A stretch of 64,000 bases of DNA from Lama glama. Its lineage: Eukaryota. The DNA is taken from positions 1,364,001 through 1,428,000 of the forward strand of contig CM052829.1 in NCBI GenBank assembly GCA_028534125.1, given 5' to 3'. Made by a program: the position numbers and the translations under genes. Under the pieces are notes generated by a model that saw only the letters and a list, made by a program, of their open reading frames with translations, was not told the origin of the DNA and did not search any database. Positions within the stretch are counted from its first letter, which is position 1; each line of letters opens with the position of its first letter. Below are positions 37,062 through 50,104 of the stretch, piece after piece.

Positions 37062-40000
37062 TCACTGGTAATGTTTTGAATTACTGGCTATTGAGATGAA
37101 ATGCCTCTGATGATGAAAACATTTGCAGCTGAAAGACATCTTCAGAGCAGAAGGCGCTGGCTTTTCAACCAGCATCACTCGAAAGGGGACCCGTCTGCAG
37201 ACGGGTCTCCCACGGCTCAGGTCTGAGAACAGGGCCCTGCCTGGCGTGGTCCCAGGTGAGCCAGCTGGGCGTTATCGACAGTGTCAGGGGAGAAGGCAGA
37301 CACCGTGTGTACCCACAGAACTCGCTGTCTGGCCGGCCAGGCCTCACGCGCGGACTAAGGAAGCCGGGAGTGTCCACCCCCACTTCAGCTGTGATGGGAG
37401 AGGGTCGGCTGCTTTGTAGGACACTGTCGGGTTAACCAGATGCAAGAGACAACGCAGTCACTGCATCACTTTGCATCTTGCCCGGCAGCTGACTCTTGTC
37501 ACATGGTGATGCCAATTAATTTTTTCCTTCAGGTAAAAGCACCCCTTTCAGAAGGACCGGCATTGGGTTTGCCGTGGCCCCTCTGACGTCCAGCACTGGG
37601 AACCCGTCCTGGTCCCACTGCGGCCAGGCCCGTCTGCGCTGGGGGAGGCGGGGCTGCTCTAGTCCGTCTGAGGAAGGCCCCTGGGGTCTCTTCTGGGCGC
37701 CCTGCCATTCCCCTCCGGCCGCAGGGCTGTGCTGAGGTCGGACGGCTGAACTGGTACAAGTCCTTCCACTTGCAACGTGACGCAGGGCGTTTCAGCCTGT
37801 GGTGTTTCATGAGTTTGCGAGTTATTTCCTAGAGGAGATGGGGGGGTCAGGGGGTGAAATGAACAAGCCTGCGCTTACGTGGCTGTGATGTCACGCCGAC
37901 AGGAGAGACCGTACGGTGATGAGCCTGGTAGCATCTTAACCAGACTGAAGGGTGCCTGGGGGACCGCTGTTGATTTAGGAACCCAACACTTCACCTCCCC
38001 TCATCAGGCTCCCGCAGCCAGAGGCACGTATTTCCTTAAATGCCTCCCGTTACCTGCTCTAAGAGGCCTTTCTTGGTGTCTCCTTCCAGCTTTATTCTAC
38101 ATAATTACAACGTGCAATGCTGCTGACACCCTCTCGGCTTCCTTCTTTATTGGTCAAGGACTGAGAGGCACCTTGACCAGAACAGGGGCAGGTCCGTGGA
38201 GCAGAAAGCACGCTGGGAGTGAGGGGGACCCGTGACCTGCATCCCCACATCCCTGCGGGGCCGGACCCTCCCCCAGGGAGAGCTGGGAGCCACCGGGTGC
38301 TGTGACTTGCTAAATGCCAATCAGCACAAACGCATGAAGGAGAGGCGAGCAGTGCGACACGGGAAAGCTGCAGGCTTCAGTCTCCGGGATGCAGAGGACG
38401 GGTGAGAAGGGTGAGTAACGCAGAGTCGCCTGCCTTTCTGAGGCAGGGGGACTGACCTGGAAGGAGCCATGGTTTACACGCTTAAAGCAAAGGGACCCAC
38501 CAGCAAGGACCAGCGCTTTCTCTGGAACGGGCTCAGCTCTGAAAGGGCGTCAGGTTGTGGACTTCCTGCAATGTCTAGAAGAGCGCAGACAGTCACGACA
38601 GAAGAGGTGACCGCGTTTGCCCAAGTGCCAGAAGCTGCCTGCTGAGTGAGTAACGCTGAAATTACGCCCAGGGTGTGTTTCAGGAAGTAACCATTTCACT
38701 TTGTAAAATGTTCACCCTGGAATAAAAACTGTGTCCCAGGATCTTGTCCTCGTGCAGGCTAACTCCACATTCGTGGGGGCCACGACCGGAGACCGTTCAG
38801 GTCTAGGAATGAGATTTGGAAAGCAAGCGTTTATAGACACTCGCCTACCAGTGTCCACACTGCAATGTGGACTTTCTGCTACCAGCTCGATATGTTTTCA
38901 GTAACTCAAGGCAGGCTCATGGACAGCACAGTGCATTTCCCCAAGAGCTGCCACGTGACAGCTGAGAAACTGAGACTTAACACAGAAGTGCTTACACCTG
39001 GAACACATGCAAGTAAAACTAAGGGCTCTTGACGGACATCTTCCTTGAATTCATCTAATCCAGACAGCCCTTTGACAGGGACAATGACCAAGGTGACGAA
39101 GTCTCTGGGATCTTAAGGGCTGACCGTGATGACCTTGTCATGAACCCAAGGACTCACCATGCACCTGGCTAAGACATCTGGACACTAAAGACATCACACC
39201 TCCAAGCATGGCACACCTGCGAGTCACAACGTGGCTGCAGCCTGCCTGCCACTGCATCCACCATCGCCCTTCCCCATGGTCTCTTTGCTGGGGCCCCAGG
39301 AGACTTTGATGCCCACCTCTGGGCAGGTAGCCATGGTTTTCCTCCACCTGGAATGTCTTTTCTCGCTCTCTGAGAAACTTCCACCATCTTCCAGAACCAG
39401 CTCTTTACAAGTCTCCCCTAATTCCCTGTCCACCCTGTCCATCCCTTCAAAATTTCCCCAACCGTTGTGCAGTTCCACGGGGTAGGGTCTGCTTTAGCCT
39501 CGTTTAACCTCACAGGATTTCAAGTTCCTCACCTGGAAAATGAAGGCACCGTTTCCATGGTTTCTAAGATCCTTTCCAGGTCAGTTCTCCTATGAATTTA
39601 AAACTCTATTGGAAAAACTGCAGCGGAACGTCCAGGGGCAGACAGCTGAAAAGGCCTGAGCCGGGGACCGGAGGGGACGCGGGTGGCTTCCCAGCCCGGG
39701 CGCACCTCGGCGAGCCTGCCCCTGGGGCCCCTGGGAGCTGCCCGGGTTCCCCTTCAGGGGTGCTGACTGAACACAGACCAATCACCCCTTCGCCAGGGAA
39801 ACCACTCATAAGAGAAAACCCACGGAACAGCAGTGGAGCCGCCAAAGCCTCCAAAAGTACGTTAGAAACCTGGCAACCTGCTGCCTCGTGTGGCTGAGAA
39901 TACACTGCCGTGTCCTGTGTCCTGAGGTCATCGAGTCCTGCGGGAAAGTCAAGGTTTCTGCTGTCACTGCGCTGAGGGGCGTGGAATCCCAGAGAAGTCC

Positions 40001-40404
40001 CGGTGTTTCTTCGCCCGACACCTGTGGGCAGGAGACGTCTGTCACACTCAGCCCCGGCCCAGCCACGGCTCAGGGCGCACTAGGTCTGTCTCACGTGAGG
40101 CCACACGTGGCTTGCCAGCTTCTGTGACGTTGGCTGGAGCCCAAGGAGAGACGGCCCAGGTCACTGGTGTGACCCCACTGGCATGTCTCACATCAAGGCC
40201 CTGGCCACCACTCACCTCCGCTCTGGGGGCACCAGAGCACTCTCCACGGGGACAGAGCAGATCTGTGGGGGCACTGGGCGTCCGTGTTGGAACAAGTTTT
40301 TTACAAACTCTCCCATTAAAAAAATTTTTCTACTTGAGCTGGAAACTCAACCCAGTTGAAGCAACCTGCCAGGGCAGCCTCCTCTCAGCTTGGAAGGGGC
40401 TTAC

Positions 40405-40609
40405 CTGGGCTGACCTGGAAAACGGGCCCTGGGGCTATTGTCCTGTAAGGATGGACCCCGCACAGGCCAGCTGGTGGTCCCCCCTAAACAGCTGGGCTCC
40501 TTGGAGAAGATGGACAAGGGGCTGTGCCTTCCCACTTCTGCCTGAGCTAAAACAATACCAACCTCTTTTATATCTGGGACAAAATAGCTCCTGGTCCCGA
40601 CAGCTGTAT
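40405..40609 (-). other. Candidate internal exon (205 nt) of a minus-strand transcript
   Basis: Acceptor 'tgtttgcttctctgcag|', donor 'CAG|gtaagc'. One frame is open (DTAVGTRSYFVPDIKEVG...PGQP); coding status unknown. Confidence 0.35.
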
Positions 40610-40899
40610 CTGCAGAGAAGCAAACAGCATCTCGCAGCAGCCTGCTGACTCCATCGTCTCTCACGTCCTCCAACTGGAGTGTCGGCCCTGAGAAGTGACC
40701 TCAGGAATTCTTTTTATTCTTTTTTAATTCTTTCCAGTCAGCCCAGACACTGTGCTAAACATGTGCTAAACATAGCCTGGCTGTCTCCCCGCAAAGCTGT
40801 ATCCTTGCCCCCATGTGAGAGCTGGGGGGGCCGGGGCAGAAGACACACCAGTGCTCACAGCGAGCCTGCGAGGAGGGAAGCAGCTGCGCCCACTGGCCT

Positions 40900-41400
40900 T
40901 GCAGGGTAAGCCTGCCCACTTTGGGAGGTTAACTGGCAGTATGTCAAAATTGTGCAAATTATTGACGCTTTTGCTTCTTGTCCCAGCCTCTTTGCACAAA
41001 GATGTTTATTGCAGATTTTTTTTGAAATAACAACAAAAACATTTAGAAACCTAAAGGTTCTAAGTTGAATAAATTGGATAAATAAAATACAGGATAGCAA
41101 AATTCTGTAAGTCCTTAAAAATGAAGGGAAAGCTATGTTTGCACAGAAGTATGTAGATGCCCAGATCTATTTATTTAAGTGACAAGTTGCCTGACAGTGC
41201 TTACATCTCATACACGCACGTGCGTGTTTTATACGATAACAGTACGGCATGTTATGTGTGTGTGTGTATGCGTGCATTTGTACAACAGTACATGCAGAAG
41301 GGGAGCCAATGCCTGGAAGCTTGCACACCAAACTGCAGTTGAAAACGGCAAATCTGGAAAAGCAACGCGCCTCTCCCTCCAGCCCCAGGAACCCTCATTC
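40900..41400 (+). mobile_element. L1ME-like 3' end
   Basis: 'actggcagtatgtcaaaatt', 'cacaaagatgtttattgcag', 'gaaacctaaa..aataaattggataaataaaat'. Confidence 0.6.
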
Positions 41401-44400
41401 CAAAGGGCTCCTTGTTTCCCTCCTGCCATGCAAGCTGTCCGTTCAAACAGGTGGAAACTCCTCCTCCCCAACATCACTAATCCGTTCTCCTTTTCCTTCT
41501 GGTATTTTTTGGGTTTTATTGTTGAAAGTTCGCCGGAGCCAGCTGCACTCAGGGTCGGAGCACGGAGTACAGAGTGCTGAGAGGTCCTAGAACCTGGAAC
41601 GTTCTCTTTCTGCAGCTTCGAGCTTGGCAAGAGAGATGCAAAGTTTTGAAAAACCAGAGAAGCTACAGATTTTCTACGTTACAGAGCGTCCCCTTATAAC
41701 TAGCACAGAAAGCCCCCGAGGCATGCCAGCCCTCTGCTGAGGGAACGTCCCCTACGGGCCGCGCTGGGGGACGGTCCCAGCGTTACAGGCGCAATGGGGC
41801 CTCACCTGACACGGACGTCCCCGCGCCCCCCAGGAGCCCGGGCCACGGTGTCATCTGCAGGCTCGGGCTGCCACCTCCTGGAAACAGGCAGAACAAGACA
41901 AAAGGCAAAATCAAAAGCAGGTTTTGCTCAGAGGAAAAATCTAGGCAGGAATGATCCTGGTCCCAACAGCTTTATCACCTTCTGTTCTTGGGAACCAAGG
42001 GTGTGACAGGCGCGAAGGTGACAACCCCACACATCTCAGTGGCCGTGGGACAAGGAGGGGCCTGGCTCAGAGCTCAGACAGCTTTCGCACAACTGCAATG
42101 CTGTCTGAACACCATGTCCAAGGACCAGAGATCCCAATTAAAAGTGAAGTTATCCACGAGGAACTTGATGCTGAATAACCTTGTCACACACAGAAAACCG
42201 TGAGTCACGTAAGCACGAGTCGTGCGTGAAACCTAAGCACAGACTCGCAGATATCCACGCCCTCAGTCGCTCGGCACCAAGTGGAGGGCGCCTCTAACCT
42301 ACTGGTAAGACCAAGGTGTCTTGAACATCCTTAGAGATCGTTCCAAACCCTGCAATTAACAAACCCCCCAGCAAGCTTCCCCCTTTGCCGGGACGGAGCC
42401 CCCGGGGGTGGCGACAGCGACGGCGGCGACGCTGCCGACCAGACTCCGCGCGATGGCTCCCGGGCCCCTCCACACCGCAGCCTCGTAGCGTCAAGGGAGG
42501 GGTCCTGGGTTATCTTCATCGTACAGGTGAGGAAACAGGCAGAAAGCGAGCAAGACGTGGGCCTAGGGTCACACACTTCTGGAAGCGCCCGAGATGGGAC
42601 GGCCCCATTTTATGTGTGAGTCAGGGAACAACAGACGCTTCAGACCTGACCCACCGATCCATCTGGGAGGAAAGTTGCAGAAGGCACGCCCAGCCGAATG
42701 CAGAGGATGCCCCCTCAGGTCGGGTAGACATGCACCTGCCGCTGCCCATCAGGGAAGACGGCCGAAAGCTCATTCTAGACCCCTCCGCAGCGTCGGCGCA
42801 CAGCCCACCCCGCATTTCCAAGTCCGTCCGTCCGTCCCTCTCAGTGTGTGAGGCTCTTAGGGTTTTATCCCCGATCCACACGAGCCACATGTCTGAGCCA
42901 CTGGCTTCGTGGGGCTTTGTTACTGCCGCCGGAGGAAGCTCACCCACAGGCTCGGGCTGGAGCCGGGGCCCGAGGTGGTCCACACTCCCCCACCGCCCTG
43001 GGCTCAGCAGGAAGGAACCAGCCTGAACGGCCTCCAAGATCGTTTCCAGTTTTAAAATCCAGTGATCCTTGAGACTAGGAAAGAAACACGATACACTCTT
43101 CATGTGGGTGGAAAGTGGAAAAGCACGCATCACGTGCACAGCGTTTGACATCTGTTTCCATCACGTCCTCAGAACGTATATGGTCACATTTCTCTCACCC
43201 TCCGCTAGACTCTGAGCCCTGAGGGTGACGGCTGTGCTGCGCCGTCCTGGGCCCAACACGTCACCCAGAACAGAGCGGGCCCTTGATAAATGTGTGTTCG
43301 TTAGCACAGAGAACACCGGTTTAGTACCCACGGCGCAGCAGGGCTGGGGGACGGTCCACATCTTGTCTCGGGAGTCAGACCTCCTTCGTCTGCGGGAAAA
43401 GCAGGCGCGGCGTTTTCCTGCCTGTGATCAGCAAAGCTCCATCTGGTCTACGTGGGGCAGCTCTGCTCAGGGGCAACCATCGTACGTGCTTCCAGGGAGC
43501 CTGGGGTGTCCTTCTGCCCCCCGTTCCTGGAGCCTGCACCCTCGAGCGCCCAGAGCCCTCGCATGGCTAACCCTCTCTAGATGCCCGGGACGTGTCCTCA
43601 GTGAAGCCCCTCCCAGCAGGTTCCTAAAAGGCTGCCGAGCCGTCCTCAGTGGGCTTACATTTGGGGCGACAAGGGGTAGGTTAACTTCCTTTGACATTTT
43701 CGCTCAATCTTCAAGGCAACCGCAGGTTGTCAGATAGTCCCTAGACCACCGCTCGCTGTTCTGTTTAACCCAGGCCTCCAGCGCACGGAAGGGTGTAGGA
43801 TGCTCTGTGGGATGGCGTGAGCTGAGCCATCCAATCAGCAGACGGGAGGTGAGGGATGGGCCTCGCAGAGGCCGTGGCATGGGAGTGCTTCCCCGCTCTC
43901 GTCTCTGCAGCGTGAGCCTCAGCTCGTGTTCAGATTACACATTCGACACGAGTCTGCCATCGAGTTGACACTTCTTGCATTTCTTAAAAAAGTATCTGAT
44001 AACCACTTGGCCATACTGGGATAAGAAGGTGCAGGATGAAGCCGTTGGAGCCTAGCCCTGGGCCACACGGCGAAACCGCCGTGGACAGACCTGCACCAGA
44101 GACCAGGCCCAGCTGGAGAGCGTGGGGACCGGGAGGCCTCAGGGATGGGCATGGCTGCGAGGCTGTCCTGGGAGGCCGTGCTCAGGCGCCACGTGTTCCA
44201 GGACGTGGGTGCACAGGTGAACGAGGCGGCAGGGGTTCCGCTCTCCTTTCCCCAAGACAACTGCGCTTTTCTTCGTGGGTTCAGGGCTACAGCCCTTCCC
44301 AGCGCGGCCGGCAGGGCAGGGCTGAGCTTCAGATGCCCCGCAGCCTGGGCCCCGGCCCTGGACAGCCCCCGGCCGCGGGGGTGCTGGGGGGCCCCCACCC

Positions 44401-44660
44401 GGCCGCCGTCATCACAGGTCCACTCTCTGATGCCAACCCTAGCCCACCAAGACGCCTGCTGGCTTTCTGCTGGGTTTGGGGTCTTCCAAGTCCCAGTTCC
44501 TGAGGACGCCCACCCGCCTCATTCTCCCTCCAGGCTGCGGTTCCGGAGTGGCTCCCCAGCAGGGCCGCTGGGGAGAGTCGAGCCTGCTGCCCGCCCTCCC
44601 GGCTGTCGTCCCTCACTCCTCACTCCATGACTCTCCCGCCGCCAGGAGCCACTGTCTCAC

Positions 44661-44750
44661 CATTTCCTTTTTTGAAAAGCCTTCCCGCCTTCAGTCACGT
44701 TCCACCTGGGTGTCTGCCTGGCCCTGGACTCTGAGCCGCGTGACGTTTTG
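44661..44750 (-). other. Candidate internal exon (90 nt)
   Basis: Acceptor 'ctccttgctttcccag|', donor 'ATG|gtgaga'. Confidence 0.3.
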
Positions 44751-45149
44751 CTGGGAAAGCAAGGAGATGACTGATGTGGCTGCACGTCAGGAGGGCTTTG
44801 AAACACGCGTTCCATTCGACCTGCGACGCCCGCTCCAGGATGCCCTCCTGAGGGGACGCGGAGAAATGCAGTCCAAGATTTATTTACAAACGCGTTCTCC
44901 AAGGGGCCGTTTGTAAAGGCCGTTCCCCACGTGAGGCCAGCTTGACGCTTTCCAAAGAGAAGAGCGGACCCGTCATGCCCCTCAAGGCCAGCGGCCAGCG
45001 GGCCAGCAGGGCGCTCCCGTGGTGCCGCCCGGTCCAGCTCTGCGGGGGTGCTGGTCGCACAAGTGCGTTCACTTCGCGAAGTCACGCAGGCGCACGCAGA
45101 ATTTGTGTTCTCTTTGTACATTACACTGAAAGGCTTTTTAGTCCAGTGG

Positions 45150-46361
45150 TTACTTGAACGGAGGTTTCTCTAAGAGAGACGAGTGACCACTAGGCCCGTG
45201 GAAAGATGGTCGAATACCTCAGTCATCAGGGACACAAAGCAAAACCACAGGAGGCCACGTCACACCACAGGATGGCCAGAATCAAAAACATGGAAAATAC
45301 AGGAGTTGATGAGTACGTGGAGAGAAGGCGCCCTCCTACCCTGCTGGTGGGAACACAAAACAGAGCAGCCCCTGAGGAAGAAAGTCCAATAGCTCTTCAC
45401 AAGGTTGCCCCAGGGTGGCCACGTGACCCCGCACTTCTGGTCCCAGGGACCAGCAAAGCCCCTCTCCTGGACCAGACGCTGGACTCCAGATGGGCCCTCC
45501 GAGCCGGCCCCGCCCCGTCCTCGGGCAAGCGCTCAGGGCCCGGTTCAGCAAGAACCCTAAGTCCACTGAACCAGAAGCCCCCGCTCTCATGTCCGACCAG
45601 ACCCCTCGTGTCCCCCCGCCCCAGAGGACATCGACCACGTGGCCTGCCTCCAGCAGGAGTCCAGTCAGTTGGTTCGGCCAGAAAACCCCTTACCCTGAGG
45701 TTTCCTCTTAATAGTTTCCCGTCCACCCACCACCCCTCTGCTCCTCCCGGCTCCGTGGCTATAAACCCCGCTTGTCCCAGAACTGGGCCTGGTCCCGCAC
45801 CGAGGGCTCCTTTCTCCTGTTGCAGTAACTCCTGACTAAGATCTGCTGTTTCCACTTTACTACCTCCTGGCTCTGGTTTTCTTTGACCCAAAAGAGTTTA
45901 AAACATACGTTCACATAAAAACTTACATATGGACACGCAGAGCAGCATTGTTCGGAAAGGGCAAAACGCCCCGAGCGCACATCGACTGGCGAACAAGTAA
46001 GCTAAACGCGGCCTGCTCGCACGACGCAACGCTGTTCAGCCATAAAGAGGGACGGCGTCCCGACCCCTGCCGCGACAGGGACGCGCCCTGAAAACAACAA
46101 GCTCAGTGAGGAAGGCGGCCGCGATAGGCCCCAGCGCGGCTTCCCCTCGCACGGCGTCTCCGGAGAAGCCGCGCCGCCGCGGGGCTCAGCGGAAGCGGAA
46201 GCCGGCGGCTGGCTCCGGGGGCGGGGCCCGCGGGGCGGGGGGCGGCGCCTCTAGTCCTGGGGTCAGCGGCGACGGACGCGCACCGCGGCCCTCGGGCACC
46301 GCCTCAACTGCGCGCTGAAGCCGGTGCTGTTTACGCATACGCACTGAGTCTCGATAATAAG
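45150..46361 (+). mobile_element. L1MB-like 3' segment, split by MER31 and GC-transformed in its distal part
   Basis: 'cagtcatcagggacacaaagcaaaaccac', 'ctgctggtgggaacacaaaa', 'aaaacatacgttcacataaaaactt', 'cagccataaagagg', end '..gtctcgataataag'. Confidence 0.75.
45451..45888 (+). mobile_element. MER31-like ERV1 LTR
   Basis: 'cagcaagaaccctaagtc', 'ggcctgcctccagcagg', 'ccccttaccctgaggtttcctctta', 'ggctataaa', end 'ttttctttgac'. Confidence 0.75.
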
Positions 46362-46870
46362 AGGGAAAGGTTTTAAAAACCCAGTGGCTTCTCGCTTCAC
46401 TCCGAGAAAAAGCAACGTCCTCATCACAGCCTACGACCCCCCCGGGGGCCCACGTCTCCTCTGCCCCCAGCCCGGGGTCCGCCCGCAGCCCGCTCAGCGC
46501 CCTGGCCTGGGCGCCGCCCTCTGCGTCTCCCGGCGCCCAAGCCCGCGAGTCGCGCGTCACGCACAGCGTTTGCCGGACCACCGTGCAGTCTGTGAAAAAT
46601 GCCTTCATAAGAAACGCAGGGACAGGGGCTTGTACTTGCGAAAGAGCTGCGTGTACGAAATCACGAGACGGAACTACATTCCGTCCGATCTTAATCAAGT
46701 TAAATATGCAAGCGCGTGAAAAAGGCCCTAAGATGTGCTGCAGGCAAGCGAGGGAGTCCGGCCGACGGGACGCGCGGCCCCGCCCACCCCGCGGCTGCGC
46801 CCCACAGCGCGGCGCCGGCCGGCTCGCTCCTCCCCCGGCCGCGCCACCTTACGGACTTAACGGGATCCTA
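45950..46870. promoter_or_regulatory. CpG island with tandem ETS/GABP sites and GC boxes
   Basis: CGGAAGCGGAAG at 46190-46201, GGGGCGGGG boxes at about 46217-46245, very high CpG density. Confidence 0.7.
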
Positions 46871-47158
46871 ACGAAGGCTGCATTCTACTGAGCTGAGAAC
46901 CACGGCACTGCAAATGCCCGGCTACACAGCAGAATGGTATTTTAACGTTGCAAATTGCCCAGGGCACCGAGCTGGGTGAGTCCAGGGCGCCCTCTGCTGG
47001 CGGCACACGAGCAATGTGGACTTCTTTCAACAGTCTTCTCTGGTTCATGTCCGTCTGCCAGGAGCCCTATTCCTTCTGCAGTTCGCGGCTCAGCTGCTCT
47101 CTGCTGGGCTGCAGCCTTCTCCTGGTGTCCACACCCCGCACCCTCTCCTGCAGAGCGC
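46853..47158 (-). ncRNA. Candidate exon (306 nt) of a minus-strand spliced transcript
   Basis: Strong acceptor 'tttcctttctcttggttcag|', donor 'TCC|gtaagg'. Two of the three frames close within about 30 codons. Confidence 0.3.
46985..47005 (-). promoter_or_regulatory. CTCF motif (reverse orientation)
   Basis: Minus strand TGCCGCCAGCAGAGGGCGCCC closely matches the CTCF core CCASYAGRKGGCRS. Confidence 0.7.
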
Positions 47159-48049
47159 CTGAACCAAGAGAAAGGAAACAGCTTTGAAAGAATGAGCTAC
47201 CCCAAGACCCAGCGCGCTGGGTCTCCGAGCCTTGACGAGCCAGGTCCCTTCGAGGTGTCCGGTCTCTTAGGCCCTGTCTCAGCGCACCCGCTGCCTCCCC
47301 TACCCTGGAAAATAGACCACCGTTTTGCTGTCTATACTTTTTCTCAACACTAGCGTTGCTGTAACATCAGTTTCCACTTTTAATTGCATCGCGTGTTAAA
47401 TAAGTATCTGTCCTCTCTCTGAGGACTAAAACCACATCTCCGCACGATTTCACGGGAACGCGCTTTAAACGTCGCCTCTACTTTTCTCGGGCCTGATGAT
47501 CTGTGTGCTACTGCAGAGCCTCTGACGGCGTTTTCCAGGCCAGGCTTGGCGTCCACCTTGTTTCCCCGCACTCTCCGGCAGCCCAGGAATGTCTCCTCCC
47601 CTGTGAGAGGCTGCGCTGAGAAGATCCAGATGTGCACCGTCTTGATCTGTTATGTAAGTCAAGGAAACTGCCCCTCCCAGTTAGAGCAGCCTTTCAGCCC
47701 GCGGACCCCGGCTTGCAGTGGCTGGATAAACACTCTGCTGCTGGAGGACCGTCTGTCTGTCTGGGCTGCCTCTCACCAGCAAAGCCAAGTGCTCAGGAAT
47801 TTCACAGGTGCCCTCTGACGGAGTTCTTTGATTTGTTTACAGTGCTTATCACTGTGCCGAGAACTTTACATTCCAGCTGCTCAAGAGAGCGCTGCTTTGT
47901 GATCCAGACTTTTTCTCTCCTAATATTTCCTTCTTTGGGAAAGGCCCAGTAATGTTCTTGCACCTGTAAGCAGTCTTTTTACCCAGGAGCACACAGTGTC
48001 TTACTGCAGTCACCGGTGTCCACTTCAAAATCATGTCATCCCCAGAATC

Positions 48050-48100
48050 ACCAGCACCATCATCACCACTACCACCACCATCACCATCATCACTGTCACA
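48050..48100. repeat. (CAC/CAT)n trinucleotide repeat
   Basis: Direct inspection. Confidence 0.85.
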
Positions 48101-48129
48101 TCAACTACTTGGCCAACAAAAACCTGCTG

Positions 48130-48320
48130 CGTGGAGGAGTTTGGGTTAAACTCTGACGACTACTTCCTCACTGTACCCTATTATACTAACTGCATCTGCC
48201 TCTGTCTCTTCATCTGGAAAATGGAGACAATAACAAACCAGCTTAACAAGGGTTTGTGCAGAAGAAACAGGATGACGTGTACCAAGCTCTTGGCACGACG
48301 CCTCATAGGCCCTCAGTAAT
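48130..48320 (+). mobile_element. MIR SINE
   Basis: 'tgggttaaactctgac..ctgcctctgtctcttcatctggaaaatggagacaataaca'. Confidence 0.6.
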
Positions 48321-48536
48321 GCCAGGCTGAGGGCCACGATGGTGGGTTTGCTAGACCCTCTGAAACAGTGTGAGGTCAGCAAGGCCGAGTGGCTACTCAA
48401 GTTTCAACTTTTGTTTGATATATGAATTCATTTATTGACAGAATCTGTGTTTATCAGAATCAAACTAGCTGTGTACCGTGAGCAGAGAGCCCCAGCCAAG
48501 GGGGTCGGAGGACCGCATTCTGAGCCTGCCTCTAAC

Positions 48537-48735
48537 CCTGTGCTCCCAGGCGTGGTCCCAGACGGGAAGTGTCAGCGTCACCTGGGAGCTCATTGGAAAC
48601 GCTGCTCCTAGGGCCCAACCCAGACCCAGGACCAGGCGCGCTAGGGGTGGGCCTGGCATCCGGGTTTTGAGCGGCCTAGGGGGTTCCCACGGGCTCCGGC
48701 TCATCCTGTGATGCTGGTCAAGTTACGGAGTGTGT
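48537..48735. mobile_element. MER5A (hAT-Charlie) MITE, GC-shifted
   Basis: 'gtggtcccagac..tcagcgtcacctgggagctcattggaaacg..gggcccaacccagacc..ggggtgggcctggcatccgggtttt'. Confidence 0.75.
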
Positions 48736-50104
48736 TCATCTGAGAGACCAGAGGTCTGAAGAGAACCAGCCCGTACCCCCCACTCCTGCCTGTGACGCAA
48801 GTGTGCGGGGGAGGCGGGGGCCTGGGGCTTCGCACACTGACGGTAAGGCCCGATCTGGGGGCGCCCACACCTGGACTTCTACCTCGGGTTTCACTTGAAA
48901 GGAGGGGCCGTCCTCTACCTCCGGGTGTAGACCCTGGGCTAGGCGGGCCCTGGAGCTCCTCTGCCCACAGCTCCAGTATGGGTGTCAGGACAGTCAGTGG
49001 TCTGCGCCTGCGCAGAGCAGGTGGTGCTGAGGGCAGAGCTGCACGGCTCCCGGGCACAGCCCGCCCCATCCACGGACACTGTCCTAGGACTCACCCTGGC
49101 CATCCCGCCCCAGACGACACCTGGGACGTGGGCAGCACTCCCTTCAGCCACCGCCCAGCTGCAGGGCCGGCCACCACACTTGCTCGCTTGCTTCTGCAAA
49201 TGGGGAGGCACCTTCAGGAGGAGTGGGCGTGGGGGCAGCGGGAGCTCAGGGCCTGCCGAGGGCCATCGCCACTCCAGCCTCACTCGGCTGACGCCAGCTG
49301 GTCTCTGTGGGTCACCAGGTGGCACACAGGTCCAGAGAGGACACAAGCCTGGACGTGTTGGGGTCAGACCTGTGCTTTCGGGGCTGGAGGCATCTTCCTG
49401 TGCCAAGTCACAGGCCCACAGACTCCAGCCCTGGCCAAGGCCCCCGAGGCAGAGCTCAGGGACCTTGGAGCACCAGGAGCTGCAGGACCCGGCCCACTGT
49501 CCCTGTCTCCTCCATGCTGGCCACGTGTCCCAGGCAGTGCCCTCTTCCTCAGCCTGCGCTGGGGACGCCTGTGAGAGGCTGGGTGGGGCTCCTCTGGATG
49601 GGGACAGGAGTGGCCATGTGCTGAAATGACCACCTGGGCGGGGGGAGGGGATCTGGCACATCCTGGGCCCTCACCCTCAGCACTTTTCTGGAACATCCCC
49701 CCGTTCTGCCAGCCCCTTTGAAACCACCCGCCATCTGTCTGAGCTGTCCCACGAGCACCCCGTCTCCCTGGAACATCTCTAGCCCTGGCTCTGCTCTGGC
49801 TCCACTGGGATGTGTGCAGACAAGGCTCAGACCAAGGCTTCTCTGCTCTTCACCCTCTGGCGTCAAACCATAGGCTCTCAGCTCTTTTTTTTTCCCCCAA
49901 ATAGTTCACTTTTTTTTCAAAGCTCTTTCTGGGGATTCCTAGAACCCAGCACCAACAGGTTGCTGTAACTGATGATTTGACTCTCCCCTCAGCATCTCTT
50001 TACTTGCCTAAGTGCGGCTTTCACTTCTGCACCTTCTCGCAGACTCCCGAGGGCTGCCTCCACCTGACCCCTGCTTTCTCCCCCATCCTGTGGGCACCCA
50101 CCCC

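Noticed and set aside
39180-39500. ORF MELHNGWGNFEGMDRV...
   Set aside because: Resembles decayed MaLR internal sequence rather than a host exon, and I could not classify it confidently.
42272-42293. CTCF-like motif ccaagtggagggcgcc
   Set aside because: Mismatches at informative core positions; too weak to call without a scan.
47067-47158. Terminal coding exon GALQERVRGVDTRRRLQPSREQLSRELQKE*
   Set aside because: Protein-like, but I found no compatible upstream coding exon or recognisable homologue. Kept only as a non-coding exon candidate.
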